From Bacteroidia bacterium (lineage in GTDB: Bacteria > Bacteroidota > Bacteroidia > NS11-12g > UBA9320), in assembly GCA_965216465.1 (NCBI GenBank), contig CBDCFW010000006.1, positions 384,001-448,000 on the forward strand: a DNA stretch of 64,000 nt, in the 5' to 3' direction. Positions within the stretch are counted from its first letter, which is position 1. Each line of letters starts with the position of its first letter. The notes below the pieces were generated by a model. It did no database searches. It saw nothing but the letters and a program-made list of their open reading frames with translations, and was not told the DNA's origin. Made by a program: the position numbers and the translations under genes. Of this stretch, positions 1 through 12,400 are shown piece by piece.

Positions 1-784
1 CCGTACCTGTTAATTCAACAATCTCCTTTGCAAAATCCAAAATACTTACTTCATCTGGATTCCCAATATTAACTGGCTCGTTGTAATCACTCATTAATAA
101 GCGAAAGATGCCTTCAATCTGGTCATCTACAAAGCAGAAGCTTCGCGTCTGACTTCCATCACCAAAAACAGTAATGTTCTCACCACGTAACGCCTGTCCG
201 ATAAATGCAGGCAACGCACGTCCGTCATTCAATCGCATTCTCGGTCCGTACGTATTAAATATCCTCACTATCCGCGTATCAACGCCATGATAAGTATGAT
301 AGGCCATGGTCATCGCTTCTTGAAAACGCTTGGCTTCATCATACACTCCTCTTGGACCAACAGGGTTTACATTCCCCCAATAATCTTCATTCTGTGGATG
401 AACCAAAGGATCTCCATAAACCTCAGAAGTTGAAGCAATCAACATTCTTGCTCCTTTCGCCAACGCTAATCCCAGACAATTGTGCGTTCCTAAACTTCCA
501 ACCTTTAATGTTGGAATTGGAATTTTTAAATAATCAATCGGACTTGCTGGAGATGCAAAGTGTAAAATGTAATCTAATTGACCGGGAATGTGAATGAACT
601 TTGATACATCGTGATGGTAAAACTGAAAATTTTCTAAAGGCATCAGGTGTTCAATGTTTTTCATGTCGCCAGTGATCAAATTATCCATAGCAATCACCTT
701 GAAGCCTTCCTTAATGAAGCGATCGCATAAGTGCGAGCCTAAAAAGCCAGCACCACCCGTTATAAGAACCGTTTTTTTCGCCAT
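1..784 (-). CDS. uxs: UDP-glucuronate decarboxylase (extended SDR), 3' end outside window
   Basis: Absent from ORF track; manual translation from ATG at 784 gives [21 protein letters not shown]...ASPASP...STSEVYGDP...YDEAKR...IFNTYGPRM; start overlaps ugd stop (TAATG). Confidence 0.9.
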   Translation of the reverse strand, partial: MAKKTVLITGGAGFLGSHLCDRFIKEGFKVIAMDNLITGDMKNIEHLMPLENFQFYHHDVSKFIHIPGQLDYILHFASPASPIDYLKIPIPTLKVGSLGTHNCLGLALAKGARMLIASTSEVYGDPLVHPQNEDYWGNVNPVGPRGVYDEAKRFQEAMTMAYHTYHGVDTRIVRIFNTYGPRMRLNDGRALPAFIGQALRGENITVFGDGSQTRSFCFVDDQIEGIFRLLMSDYNEPVNIGNPDEVSILDFAKEIVELTGT

Positions 785-2097
785 TACACGCCTATGCAGT
801 AATACTCAAATCCCATATCAAGCATTTCTTGCTTGTCGTACACATTTCTACCATCAAAAATGCGTTTTGTTTTCATTTTATCGCCAATTACATCAAAATC
901 AGGCAGCTTAAATTCAGACCATTCCGTAACCAATAACATCGCATCGGCATCTTCAAGTGCAGCATATGGTTCTTCTACATAGTTAATCTTGTCGCCTAAA
1001 ATGCGTTTGGTTTCTTCCATGCTCACAGGGTCGTATGCTGTAACCGTTCCTCCTGCTTCAATAATCTTGTCGATAATAATCAATGAAGGAGCATCACGCA
1101 TATCATCCGTATTCGGTTTGAACGATAATCCCCACATCGCAAATTTCTTACCGGTTAAATCATCACCCAAAACCTTGGTTACTTTGTGAAAAAGAATCTC
1201 TTTTTGATCGTCGTTTACATCTTCAACAGACTCCAACAAACGCATATCGTATCCATTTTCTTTCGCAGTCTTAATCAATGCCTTTACATCCTTAGGAAAA
1301 CAGCTTCCGCCGTAACCAATACCCGCATAAATAAATCGGCTTCCAATACGTGGATCGCTACCAATACCTCTTCGCACCTTATTCACATCAGCACCAACAA
1401 TCTCACATAAATTAGCGATATCATTCATAAAACTGATTCGCGTAGCCAACATCGCGTTGGCTGCATATTTAGTCATTTCAGCAGATGGAATATCCATAAA
1501 AATCAATGGATGGCCATTCATGATATAGGGCTTGTACAATCTGCTCATAATATCGCGAGCTTTCTCACTATCTACACCCACCACAATTCGATCTGGCTTC
1601 ATGAAATCGTCGATGGCTGCACCCTCTTTCAAGAACTCTGGATTGCTTGCAATGTCAAAGGGAATATCAACTCCGCGCCTATCCAACTCTTCTTGAACAG
1701 CAACTCTTACTTTTTCAGATGTTCCAACCGGAACGGTACTTTTGGTAACAATTACCCCGTAATCGTCCATGTTCTTTCCAATCTCACGAGCAACGCTTAA
1801 AACGTACTGTAAATCAGCACTTCCATCTTCATCTGGAGGTGTTCCAACAGCTATAAATGCAACTTGAGCTCCTTTAATACTTTCTCCTAAAGATGTACTA
1901 AAGTGAAGTCTTCCTTTTTTATAGTTGCGCTTAACCATCGATTCAAGACCAGGCTCATAAATAGGCATTATACCTTGCTTCAAGCCTTCAACCTTGGCAT
2001 CATTTATATCGATACAAACTACATCTGTACCAACTTCAGAGAGACAAGTTCCTGTAACTAATCCAACATAACCCGTCCCTACAACTGCTATTTTCAT
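784..2097 (-). CDS. ugd: UDP-glucose 6-dehydrogenase
   Basis: GTGYVG Rossmann motif, [19 protein letters not shown] catalytic Cys motif. Confidence 0.95.
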   Translation of the reverse strand: MKIAVVGTGYVGLVTGTCLSEVGTDVVCIDINDAKVEGLKQGIMPIYEPGLESMVKRNYKKGRLHFSTSLGESIKGAQVAFIAVGTPPDEDGSADLQYVLSVAREIGKNMDDYGVIVTKSTVPVGTSEKVRVAVQEELDRRGVDIPFDIASNPEFLKEGAAIDDFMKPDRIVVGVDSEKARDIMSRLYKPYIMNGHPLIFMDIPSAEMTKYAANAMLATRISFMNDIANLCEIVGADVNKVRRGIGSDPRIGSRFIYAGIGYGGSCFPKDVKALIKTAKENGYDMRLLESVEDVNDDQKEILFHKVTKVLGDDLTGKKFAMWGLSFKPNTDDMRDAPSLIIIDKIIEAGGTVTAYDPVSMEETKRILGDKINYVEEPYAALEDADAMLLVTEWSEFKLPDFDVIGDKMKTKRIFDGRNVYDKQEMLDMGFEYYCIGV

Positions 2098-2232
2098 TTA
2101 AAATCTGTGTTTTTTAAGTAGGCGACAAAGATATTCAATGTTTTAAATCTAAAATGCTTTTTACAAAGCGATTCGGCACCATGCTCAATTTTGTGATTTT
2201 TAATAAAGTTTATGTTATTAATTTGCATTAAA

Positions 2233-2982
2233 ATGAGGAAGTTACTAATTCTACTTTTTATTGGAACCTGCTTTCAATCTATGGCTCAAACTGAGGAGAT
2301 GACGAACCAAGGATTCATGTTCACTCCACAGTATGCGTATCAAATTCCTCGTGGCGATATGTATGACCGCTTCCTTAACTTTTCATCTATAGGCCTTAAC
2401 ATTTATTACAAGCATAAGAATAACCTAACCTTAGGAGTTGATTACGATTGGTATTTTGGTAACAGCCTTAACGAGGGCGGAAACTTTAGTAACATAACCG
2501 CCGAAGCCCAGCAAATTATTGATGCGGATGGACGGTTTTCTGTAGTTCGACTCAATATTCAGGGTAACTACATCACCGGAAATATCGGCTACCTCTTCAA
2601 CATTGTAAAAGACGAACCAAACAGTGGAATTCTAGTGATGGCAGGAGCTGGATTTATGCAACATAAAATCGACATTAAAGCCACCGAATTAAAAATTCCG
2701 CAGATCAACGGAGAATACGAAAAAGGCTACGATAAACTCACCTACGGCCTTGCTACTAAACAGTTTATTGGTTACCAGTACTTGGTTACCAAAAACCATT
2801 ATCACTTTAGAGCAGGCGTTGAATTCAACCAAGGATTCACCCAAGGAAGAAGAACTTGGGATTTTAATGCTAACCAATCTGGGTTAGATAAGCGTTTTGA
2901 TGGTACTATTGCACTAAAATTTGGTGTCATCGTTCCGGTTTATACCAAAAGCGCTGACGACGAAGAGTTTTTCATAGACTAA
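2233..2982 (+). CDS. Hypothetical outer-membrane beta-barrel protein
   Basis: Signal peptide MRKLLILLFIG..., alternating aromatic beta-strands; likely start is the second Met. Confidence 0.6.
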   Translation: MRKLLILLFIGTCFQSMAQTEEMTNQGFMFTPQYAYQIPRGDMYDRFLNFSSIGLNIYYKHKNNLTLGVDYDWYFGNSLNEGGNFSNITAEAQQIIDADGRFSVVRLNIQGNYITGNIGYLFNIVKDEPNSGILVMAGAGFMQHKIDIKATELKIPQINGEYEKGYDKLTYGLATKQFIGYQYLVTKNHYHFRAGVEFNQGFTQGRRTWDFNANQSGLDKRFDGTIALKFGVIVPVYTKSADDEEFFID

Positions 2983-2983
2983 A

Positions 2984-4186
2984 GTGTACAATTTCCTTTA
3001 TAACATATTCGCCTCGATGAGCAGATACTTCGTAATTATAATCGGAGAATTTAGCCCCAAAATTGAGCGATTCAATGTGCAACGAAAACATGCTAACAAA
3101 CCCAAACCCGGGCCAAGAAAGTATTGGATTCATTGTGCTTCCTTTGGAGAATATGAAATGGCTGTTCCGCTTATTAAAAACTTAAGCGAAACCCATAACA
3201 TGGATGAAATTTTAATTACCACATTCAGCCCAAGTGGTTACAAACAAGCAGCGAAAGGTCCTTACAAAGACATGGTGTGCTACTTACCACTTGACACCCC
3301 TAAGTGTGTTAAAAAGTTCTACAAAGAATACGCTCCTCAAAATGCCATTTTTGTCCGTTACGACTTCTGGTACAATTTTATGAAACTTGGACTTCAACGC
3401 GGAACCAAATTCTATTTGGTAAATGGTCGTTTCACACCCAATCATTTCATATTCAAATGGTTTGGGAAACCCTATAAAGCTTTACTTGAAAAGTTTGAAA
3501 AGATATTTCTTTCAGATCAATCGAGTGCTGTAACGCTAAGCACCTATGGAATAAACAACATCGAAACCACTGGTGATACCCGTTACGACCGAGTGGCTCA
3601 AATTCTGAATAAAGACCAGCACTTTCCCGACATTGAAAGATTCAAGGGTGACCGTAAGCTGCTTATTGTTGGTTCTTCATGGCAGCATGAAGAGGATTTA
3701 ATTAGCACCTTGCTCGAGAAAAACTTCGAACACCTGGCTATCTTAATTGCACCTCACGACATCTTTAGAAGTGAAGCCATTTTAAATCTCTACGAAGAAT
3801 ATAATCCAAAACTCTATTCCGATGGCGATTTTACTGCGGATGATAGAGTCGTTATACTAGATACGGTTGGAATGTTAGCCGCAATGTATCGCTACGCGGA
3901 TGTAGCAGTTATTGGCGGCGGATTTAAAGGCAAACTTCATAATATCTTAGAACCTGCGGTTTACGGTTGCCACATCTCATTTGGACCCATGATTTCTAAA
4001 TTTCCGGAAGCTCAAGATTTTGTTGACGCTGGATTTGCAACCATAATTCAAGGAAAACAAGATTGGATTCGATTGATTAAGAATATCATTTCTTCATCTG
4101 AACTTCTCGAACGACTCAAAGAAAAATCGAGAACGTTCACCAAGCGTCACATTGGAGCGACCGAAAAGGTAATGAAAGGACTATAA
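2984..4186 (+). CDS. waaA: Kdo transferase (3-deoxy-D-manno-octulosonic acid transferase)
   Basis: WIHCASFGE, YLPLD, GDTRYDRV, GGGF...HNILEPA motifs. Confidence 0.9.
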   Translation: MYNFLYNIFASMSRYFVIIIGEFSPKIERFNVQRKHANKPKPGPRKYWIHCASFGEYEMAVPLIKNLSETHNMDEILITTFSPSGYKQAAKGPYKDMVCYLPLDTPKCVKKFYKEYAPQNAIFVRYDFWYNFMKLGLQRGTKFYLVNGRFTPNHFIFKWFGKPYKALLEKFEKIFLSDQSSAVTLSTYGINNIETTGDTRYDRVAQILNKDQHFPDIERFKGDRKLLIVGSSWQHEEDLISTLLEKNFEHLAILIAPHDIFRSEAILNLYEEYNPKLYSDGDFTADDRVVILDTVGMLAAMYRYADVAVIGGGFKGKLHNILEPAVYGCHISFGPMISKFPEAQDFVDAGFATIIQGKQDWIRLIKNIISSSELLERLKEKSRTFTKRHIGATEKVMKGL

Positions 4187-4720
4187 GCCTGCTTTTCTTT
4201 TCATGCTCAAATAATGGTGATCAGTGTGCACAACTGTAAAGAATAACATTTCCCGTACCATTAATTTCCCTAGTAATGGATGAGGTAACAAGGTTTTATC
4301 TAATGACTTTTCCCTCCACCCTTCAACTCGATCTGAAAATTTGATTTGCGTTGCTTTCCAGAAGTCTAACATGGCTTGCTTATCAAATTCTTGACCGTCT
4401 TCACTTAAAAATCGAGCCGGTGCCTTAGCCCCAGGAAAGGCTTCCAACTTTTCATAATATCGGTTCTTTAGTTCATCAAAATTGCGAAGCGGTCTATTGG
4501 GTTTCCCAAACTTGTAACGAAGAGCCAACGGGTTTCTCTTTAAGGCTGAACAGATAGAAACATTTGACTTTAGAATATGATCAAATTCTTCAGCAATACT
4601 CCACTTTTCAGGTATAGGTTTAGCTATAAATTGTTCATAATCAGTAGCTTCAATAAAGCGCACACACTTATCCATAGCCTCAATTATAGCTTGACTAATT
4701 TCTTGTTTGGAGTGAATCAT
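4181..4720 (-). CDS. DinB family protein
   Basis: KWSIAEEFDH and PHPLLGKL...HTDHH motifs. Confidence 0.8.
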   Translation of the reverse strand: MIHSKQEISQAIIEAMDKCVRFIEATDYEQFIAKPIPEKWSIAEEFDHILKSNVSICSALKRNPLALRYKFGKPNRPLRNFDELKNRYYEKLEAFPGAKAPARFLSEDGQEFDKQAMLDFWKATQIKFSDRVEGWREKSLDKTLLPHPLLGKLMVREMLFFTVVHTDHHYLSMKRKAGL

Positions 4721-4747
4721 CCCTCCAAAAATAAGTAAAATGAATTC

Positions 4748-6256
4748 CTATTTCTCAGGACGCATTTGCGGGAAGAATAACACTTCCTGAATGCTTTCGT
4801 TGTTGGTCAACAACATAACCAATCGGTCAATTCCGATTCCAATACCTGCTGTTGGTGGCATACCGTATTCTAATGCTCTAAGGAAATCTTGATCAATGAA
4901 CATTGCCTCATCGTCTCCTCGTTCCATAAGCTTCACCTGATCTTCGAAACGCTCGCGTTGATCAATTGGGTCGTTCAACTCGCTATAGCAGTTTGCAATT
5001 TCTTTACCGTTAACTACCAATTCAAATCGTTCTGTTAACTCTGGATTGTCTCGGTGTTTTTTAGTCAACGGGCTCATGCTAACCGGATAGTCCATAACAA
5101 AGGTTGGTTGTATCAGATGGTGCTCAACTTTTTCACCAAAAATTTCATCGATAAGCTTGCCTTTACCCATGCTTTCATCAACCTCCACATTCATACTTTT
5201 TGCGGTTGCTCTAAGCTCATCTTCGTTCATTTGGCTGACATCAATGCCGGTGTATTTTTCAATACCACCGAAAATGGTCATTCGCTCAAATGGCTTTCCG
5301 AAGTCGATTACTCGATCACCGAAAACAACTTCGGTTGTACCGTTAACATCCATTGCAATTTGCTTGAACATTTCTTCGGTTTTATCCATCATCCATTTGT
5401 AGTCTTTGTAAGCCACATAAAGCTCCATCTGACTAAACTCAGGATTATGGGTTCTATCCATTCCTTCATTTCTGAAATCTTTTGCAAATTCATATACCCC
5501 TTCAAAACCACCAACGATTAAACGCTTTAAATACAACTCATTAGCAATTCTTAAATACAATGGAATGTCTAAAGCATTGTGATGAGTTATAAATGGTCGA
5601 GCAGCTGCACCTCCTGGAATCGCTTGAAGAATTGGAGTTTCAACCTCCATATATCCTTGAGCATTCAAGAAGTTTCGCATCGAAGCTATGGCCTTTGTTC
5701 TTTTTACAAAGGTTTCTCTAACCTCAGGATTAACGATCAAATCAACATAACGCTTTCTGTAACGTTGTTCGGGATCTGTAAAAGCGTCAAATACCTTTCC
5801 GTCAACTTCTTTTGGCATTGGAAGTGGGTTTAACGACTTTGAAAGTACAGTTAATTGACTCACGTGAATTGAAGTTTCACCTGTTTTAGTCTTAAAAACA
5901 TATCCTTTTACACCAATAATGTCTCCAATGTCTAACAACTTTTTGAAAACATCATTGTACATGGTTTTGTCTTCTCCTGGACAAATTTCGTCACGAGAAA
6001 CATAAACCTGAATTCCGCCAACTTCATCACTCAAATAGGCAAAACTTGCCTTACCCATAATTCTTCGACGCATTAACCGTCCAGCAAATGATACTTCTTT
6101 CCACTTATCATTTTCAGGATCTGCTTCAAATTGCTCTTTGATTTCAACACTGCTAAAATCTTTGTCAAAAACATCTGCAGGATAAGGGTTTATCCCAAGT
6201 TCTCTTAGCTTATCTAATGCTTGTCGTCTCTGGATTTGTTGCTCGTTTAGCTCCAT
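4748..6256 (-). CDS. lysS: Lysine--tRNA ligase (class II)
   Basis: [18 protein letters not shown]...[21 protein letters not shown]. Confidence 0.98.
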   Translation of the reverse strand: MELNEQQIQRRQALDKLRELGINPYPADVFDKDFSSVEIKEQFEADPENDKWKEVSFAGRLMRRRIMGKASFAYLSDEVGGIQVYVSRDEICPGEDKTMYNDVFKKLLDIGDIIGVKGYVFKTKTGETSIHVSQLTVLSKSLNPLPMPKEVDGKVFDAFTDPEQRYRKRYVDLIVNPEVRETFVKRTKAIASMRNFLNAQGYMEVETPILQAIPGGAAARPFITHHNALDIPLYLRIANELYLKRLIVGGFEGVYEFAKDFRNEGMDRTHNPEFSQMELYVAYKDYKWMMDKTEEMFKQIAMDVNGTTEVVFGDRVIDFGKPFERMTIFGGIEKYTGIDVSQMNEDELRATAKSMNVEVDESMGKGKLIDEIFGEKVEHHLIQPTFVMDYPVSMSPLTKKHRDNPELTERFELVVNGKEIANCYSELNDPIDQRERFEDQVKLMERGDDEAMFIDQDFLRALEYGMPPTAGIGIGIDRLVMLLTNNESIQEVLFFPQMRPEK

Positions 6257-6383
6257 TTGGTAAAAATTGGCTGCAAATATAAATTTTCAAATTGTCTGTT
6301 CCGTGTTATTTACCTTAAAAGGAGCAACTTATTAACATCACCAATAGTCTATTATGTAACAGTACGCGTATTTTTGTTTATTA

Positions 6384-9300
6384 ATGCATAGGCAAGGTTT
6401 CTTTCTACTATATTTCTTGATGATTGGTCTTTTGGGCCACACTCAGGAACCTGTAGTACCTGCTAACCTGCCGAAGTACGAATTCATAGAAAATCAAGGG
6501 CAGTTTCACCCGCTGGTATCTTACCAAGCCCGAATACCCTATGGATCAGTATATTTAGAAGGAGCTGGATTGGTCTACGACATGATCGACCCGCTTGACT
6601 ACGACAGTATCCAACAATGGAGACACGATCACCCTGCACAATCGCCTAAAATGGCACCTAAGCGCCACTCGATTCGTTTTCGATTTGCAAATGTGATCTA
6701 CGCTCCAACAACCTATCAAAAAGGAATTCAGCAGCATTATTACAACTATTACCGAAGTGCTGACCAAAAGAAATGGGCCTCTAAGGTACATCCTTCTAGC
6801 AATGTAGTTTATAAAGATGTTTATCCCGATATCGACTTTGAAATTAGCGGTCAGAAAGGAATTAAGTATGAATGGATAATTCATAATCCTAGCCCTGACA
6901 AGATAAATAAGATTCAAACGGTAATCGAAGGAGCAAATAGCATAGTCGTTGAAAATGAACGACTTATAATCGAAACGACCGTTGGACAATTGACCGACGA
7001 AGCACCTGTTGCCTATCAAAGAATCAACGGTCAAATTGTGATTATACCCTGTAAATTTGAGCTGCACGATTCGATTTTATCTTACAAACTTTTGGCAGAT
7101 GTAAATCCTGATTTTGACCTGATCATCGATCCTGAACTAATCTTTTCGACCTACTCTGGGTCGGTTGGTGACAATTTTGGATTTACAGCAACATACGATT
7201 CGAGAGGCAATCTTTACGCTGGGGGAATTGTTGCGGTGAGCCCTGGAAAAGTGTACCCCGTTACAGCCGGAGCATACGATGAGTCTTGGAACGGAGGTAG
7301 AGGGCGTAATCCTGCCAATCTTAATTGTGACATTGCAATTAGTAAATACGATAGTGCTGGAAACAACTTGTTGTGGGCAACCTACTTAGGAGGGGCCGAT
7401 GACGAATATCCGCACAGCTTGGTAGTTGACCGTAACGACGACCTCGTAATGCTGGGCACAAGTTATTCATTTGATTTTCCGCGTCTCGACCACAGCTTCG
7501 ACTCCACGAAAGGTCCAGGAGAAAATACCGACATTGTGGTTGCCAAACTATCCGAAGATGGCTCCGAATTGATGGGAAGCACCTATATCGGAGGCCGACG
7601 AAATGATGGTTTAAACCTTAACTCTTCGTTAAAGAAGTTCTATGCCGATGATTATCGAGGTGATGTTATTACCGATGATGATGGCCACATATTTGTTGCA
7701 TCGGTAACCCAATCGGATACCATGCCGCTTAAAGATGAAGTTCAAGCTGTTAAAAAAGGCAACTTCGATGGCTACCTTTTTGAGCTTAATGAGGATTGTA
7801 GTGAACTTATCTGGGGAACTTACTTAGGTGGAGATGCTAATGACGCTTTTTACAGTATCAAACTCGACCAAAACAATAATATCTTTATTGGTGGAGGTTC
7901 AAACAGTTCTAATCTCCCAACTACGGATACTGTTATTTCCAAATCAAAGGCTGGAGGCATCGATGGTGTGATTGGGAAATTTAACAAAACCACAAAACAA
8001 ATTGAAGCCTTAACTTACTGGGGTACATCCTCTTACGATCAAATATATTTCATAGAAATAGATGCTCGAAACCGGGTATATGCAACAGGCCAAACCGAGG
8101 GTTCGATCAGTCAAACACCAGGTACATACGGCTCCAGCAATAAAGGTCAGTTTATCTTTAGAATTGATAGCTCTTTACGCTCGATGGACTTTAGAACCAC
8201 ATTCGGTAACGATGATGGAGTACCCAATTTAGCCCCCAGTGCTTTTTTGGTAGATGTATGCGACCACATTTACTTTTCGGGATGGGGTGCTTATGATTAC
8301 GGTCTTACCTCAGGTTCTACTCGAGACATGGAGGTAACCGGTGATGCACATCAACCCACAACCGATTCGAACGACTTTTATATTCTGGTATTGGATAAAG
8401 ATGCAAGCAGCTTGTTGTATGCTACTTATTTTGGAGGAAATGTAACAGGAGACCACGTTGACGGGGGAACAAGTCGATTCGATAAGAAAGGCGTTATCTA
8501 TCAGAGCGTTTGCAGTAGTTGCCCACCATCTCGAGACGGCACGCAAACAACACAAATCAGCGACTTCCCTACATCCGCGAATGCGGCTTTTAAAACCAAT
8601 CCGAGTGAAAGATGTAGCAACGCTTCATTTAAAATTGACTTGCAAATCAAATCGGCAGTAATTGCTGATTTCACCGCTAATCCAACCCTCGGATGCTCAC
8701 CACTTAACGTAAATTTCTTTAACAAAAGCATTCTTGGTGATTCTATGTTATGGGAATTTGGAGATGGCGACACCTCAACATCACTAAATCCAACCCACAT
8801 CTACGATGAACCAGGCACCTATATCGCTCGATTGACTGTAATTGATTCAAATACCTGCAACATATCTTCCGTTTATGAGCGTGAAATTCATGTGGTAGCC
8901 GAAGCTATAGTTGATTTCAACGTAGAATACGACTTATGTAAAGGGGAACTAAAAATTGAAAATAATTCGCAATATGGTAACACCTACCGCTGGGACTTTG
9001 GCGATGGTGAGCAATCGAATTTGAAAGATCCAGAACACGAATACCTATCCCCGGGTTCCTATCGTATCAAGCTCTATGTAAACGAAGGTCAGCATTGCGA
9101 AGGCGTTGATTCTATGGATATTGAGATAGCAGACGTACTCGATTCACAGATAAAACTATACAATGTTTTCACTCCTGGAGTGGATGGATTGAATGACTGT
9201 TTCAAGATGGATGGCATTAATTTTTACTGTCAAGAGTACCGTTTACAAATCTTTAATCGATGGGGTGAAAAGATGTTCGAATCTGAAGATCCTGACGAAT

Positions 9301-9431
9301 GTTGGAACGGAAAAGTCTACAACACGGACCAAGTTCTTCCGGCCGGAACCTACTTTTATATTCTCACAATTGGCAAAAATTCATTAAATTTGGAGACTTA
9401 TTCAGGGAGCGTAGCTCTCATAAGAGAATAA
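6384..9431 (+). CDS. T9SS type-B (gliding-motility CTD) secreted protein with SBBP-like propeller repeats and PKD domains
   Basis: FIENQGQ N-domain, LIIDP-LIFSTYSG, repeated W(A/G)TYLGG, WDFGDG PKD, C-terminal NVFTPG..NDCF..IFNRWG..GTYFY. Confidence 0.85.
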   Translation: MHRQGFFLLYFLMIGLLGHTQEPVVPANLPKYEFIENQGQFHPLVSYQARIPYGSVYLEGAGLVYDMIDPLDYDSIQQWRHDHPAQSPKMAPKRHSIRFRFANVIYAPTTYQKGIQQHYYNYYRSADQKKWASKVHPSSNVVYKDVYPDIDFEISGQKGIKYEWIIHNPSPDKINKIQTVIEGANSIVVENERLIIETTVGQLTDEAPVAYQRINGQIVIIPCKFELHDSILSYKLLADVNPDFDLIIDPELIFSTYSGSVGDNFGFTATYDSRGNLYAGGIVAVSPGKVYPVTAGAYDESWNGGRGRNPANLNCDIAISKYDSAGNNLLWATYLGGADDEYPHSLVVDRNDDLVMLGTSYSFDFPRLDHSFDSTKGPGENTDIVVAKLSEDGSELMGSTYIGGRRNDGLNLNSSLKKFYADDYRGDVITDDDGHIFVASVTQSDTMPLKDEVQAVKKGNFDGYLFELNEDCSELIWGTYLGGDANDAFYSIKLDQNNNIFIGGGSNSSNLPTTDTVISKSKAGGIDGVIGKFNKTTKQIEALTYWGTSSYDQIYFIEIDARNRVYATGQTEGSISQTPGTYGSSNKGQFIFRIDSSLRSMDFRTTFGNDDGVPNLAPSAFLVDVCDHIYFSGWGAYDYGLTSGSTRDMEVTGDAHQPTTDSNDFYILVLDKDASSLLYATYFGGNVTGDHVDGGTSRFDKKGVIYQSVCSSCPPSRDGTQTTQISDFPTSANAAFKTNPSERCSNASFKIDLQIKSAVIADFTANPTLGCSPLNVNFFNKSILGDSMLWEFGDGDTSTSLNPTHIYDEPGTYIARLTVIDSNTCNISSVYEREIHVVAEAIVDFNVEYDLCKGELKIENNSQYGNTYRWDFGDGEQSNLKDPEHEYLSPGSYRIKLYVNEGQHCEGVDSMDIEIADVLDSQIKLYNVFTPGVDGLNDCFKMDGINFYCQEYRLQIFNRWGEKMFESEDPDECWNGKVYNTDQVLPAGTYFYILTIGKNSLNLETYSGSVALIRE

Positions 9432-9436
9432 ATTTT

Positions 9437-12400
9437 ATGATAAAAAACAACTACTTACTTGCTGTAGCAGCGGCTGTTGCTGTCTGTAATCTTTTTATTT
9501 TTAGCAACTTAGAAAAAACTGATCAGGTGTCGGATGTGGTTAAAGAAACCAAGCTCGACAAACGAACTCGTGCTGATCTTGCTATTCAACAAAACTTTCA
9601 AATGACTGTTGACCCTGCAACGGGTACTATTCCACGGTCTCGACTGTGGAAGGCAACAGAATATTTGAAACAACAGAATCAACTTAAAGAAAAAGCTGCA
9701 ATTTCTAACATTCACTGGACTGAAAGAGGACCAGATAATGTAGGTGGAAGAACACGTGCACTTTTGTTTGACCCCAATGACCCAACCAATCAAAGAGTAT
9801 TTGCTGCCAGTGTCGGTGGTGGACTTTGGATTACGGAAAACATTCATGGTTCGCCAGTAGAATGGAGTGCTGTTGACGACTATTTTGATAATCTAGCGAT
9901 TACTACAATCGCTCACAATCCAATAAATCCAGATACTATATACTTTGGAACAGGCGAAGGGTTCTTTAATGCAGATGCAATCGCAGGAGATGGTATTTGG
10001 AGAAGTACCGACGGAGGTGTAACTTGGACTCAGCTATCATCTACAACCAGTTCAACCTATTCATATATTCAAAAAATCGTTGTCGATAGCAACGGATATG
10101 TCTATGCGGCAACAAGAAATGGAGGAGTTCGTAAATCAACTGACCATGGATCAACATGGAGCAAAGTGCTTGGAACTAGCTATAGTGCTACTACGAATAG
10201 AGCTGCCGATATCGAAATCGCTTCGAATGGAGATTTATATGCAGCGATGGGTATATTCTCGACAGATGGTATTTATAAAAGTACCGACGAGGGAAGTAAC
10301 TGGACCCAAGTATATACATCTTCTGGAGAGCACCGTATAGAACTTGCTTGTGCTCCTTCAGACAGCGATTATGTTTATATGATATCGCAAAGCAGTTCAA
10401 ATTACGAAGCGAATGCGGTAAGAAGAACTACAAATGGAGGATCTTCTTGGACTACTTTGACCAATCCAGATGACGTTTTTAGTGATAACTTCTGCAAATC
10501 GCAGGCTTGGTACAACATCAGCATGGCGGTTGACCCATACGATCGGGATAATGTTGTAATTGGAGGTATAGACTTGTACAAAACAACGAACGGCGGTACC
10601 ACTTGGACCGAGATTTCACATTGGTACGGGGCCACTGGTTTACCAGAAGTGCATTCAGATCAACATATTGCTTTGTACGCACCAAATAGTTCTGATACCA
10701 TTCTTTTTGGTAACGATGGAGGGATTTACCTATCTACCGATATATCTGCTGGTTCACCTTCATTTTCGCACCAGGTTGCAACTTACAATGTAACGCAGTT
10801 TTACGGATGTGCACTGAATCCTACAGCCTTATCAGGCCAAGCATTGGCAGGGTCTCAAGATAATGGTAGTCATCGATTTGACAACCAAGGAATGAATTCA
10901 ACGACCGAAGTAACAGGTGGAGATGGAGCATATGTTCATATCGATCAAGGCGACCCTTCTTATCAGTTTACTTCATACGTTTACAATAATTACTACAGAT
11001 CAACAAACTCGGGTACGAGTTTTAGCGGATCTGGGCTTGGATTCAGTAATTCGGCAGGTAAATTTATTAATCCTACCGACTACGACAACAATGCACAGAT
11101 TATGTATTGCTCTTGGAATACGGGGCAGTACATGCGTTGGACTAATCCAAGGTCAGGAAACACGGCCTCAGCGGTTTCATTTGGTGGTTCAGGGGAACCA
11201 TCCGCTCTTAAAGCTGATCCTAACATCGCAAATAGACTCTATATTGGTACAGATGACGGTGAAGTTTGGAAGATTGATAATGCGAACGGAACTATTACAG
11301 CCACAGATATTTCTCCTTCGGGCATGGGATCAAATCACTATGTGAGTTGTATTGCTGTGGAAGACGGAGATTCTAATCACCTAATTGCTACCGTATCAAA
11401 CTATGGGGTTACTTCAATTTATGAGTCAACCAACCAAGGAAGTACGTGGACCAGTATTGAAGGAAACTTACCAGACATGCCGGTTCGTTGGGCTATTTTT
11501 AGTCCTATAGGTGGAGACAGTGCCCTTATTGCAACAGAATTAGGTGTTTGGTCAACTGACGACATTAATGGAACGTCTACTTCATGGGCAGCCACAAATG
11601 ATGGTTTAGCTAATGTAAGAACAGATATGCTTCAATACCGAAGCTCAGATTCTACTGTAATTGCTGCAACCCATGGTAGAGGTCTTTACTCTTACAGTTT
11701 CTCTGAAATTTTAGATGCTGATTTTGAATCGAATAAACAATTGGTTTATCCTGGTGAAGAAGTACAATTTACAGATTTGTCGGTTGCTGCTACTTCATGG
11801 GCATGGGACTTTGATAACGATGGTAATACAGACGCAACTACTAAAAATCCATCTTGGACATACTACGAAGGAGGATATAAAACTGTAGCCCTAACAATTA
11901 ATGGATCTACAACGGTAACTAAAACCAGTTACATTACTGTTCTTCCGAAGCTTGGTATTCCATATACCGTTTCAGATGGAGGTAACTTCGAAACCAATCC
12001 ATGGCACTTTGGAAGCAAGGCTATCACAGGTACTAATCTTTGGGAAAGAGGTACCCCGAGCAACCATTTAACGACCTTAAATTCAAGCTCAAACGGATGG
12101 AAGACTGACCTTGATGCTGATTGCCCAGATGAAACTATCGAATGTCATCTCTACACGCCAAGTTTCAATATGTCTGAAACAGGTACTTACACATTATCAT
12201 TCAGAAAAAGCATGGAGCAACATTATTCCAACGCTCCTTATGTTGTGATTGTTGAATATTCAACCAATGAAGGTGATAACTGGTATAAGCTAGGTACAAG
12301 TCCTGATGCAAATGGAACCAACTGGTATGCAAACACTGGTGTTAGCACCGCTTTGCAATCCGATGGTATTGGATTTCTTGAAAATGCATCAAACGAAAAC

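Noticed and set aside
352-1800. Plus-strand short ORFs
   Set aside because: Antisense shadows of uxs and ugd.
9299-9436. N-terminal extension of the 1432-aa ORF overlapping the upstream gene
   Set aside because: The signal peptide begins at Met 9437, just after the upstream stop; the extension is an ORF-calling artefact.
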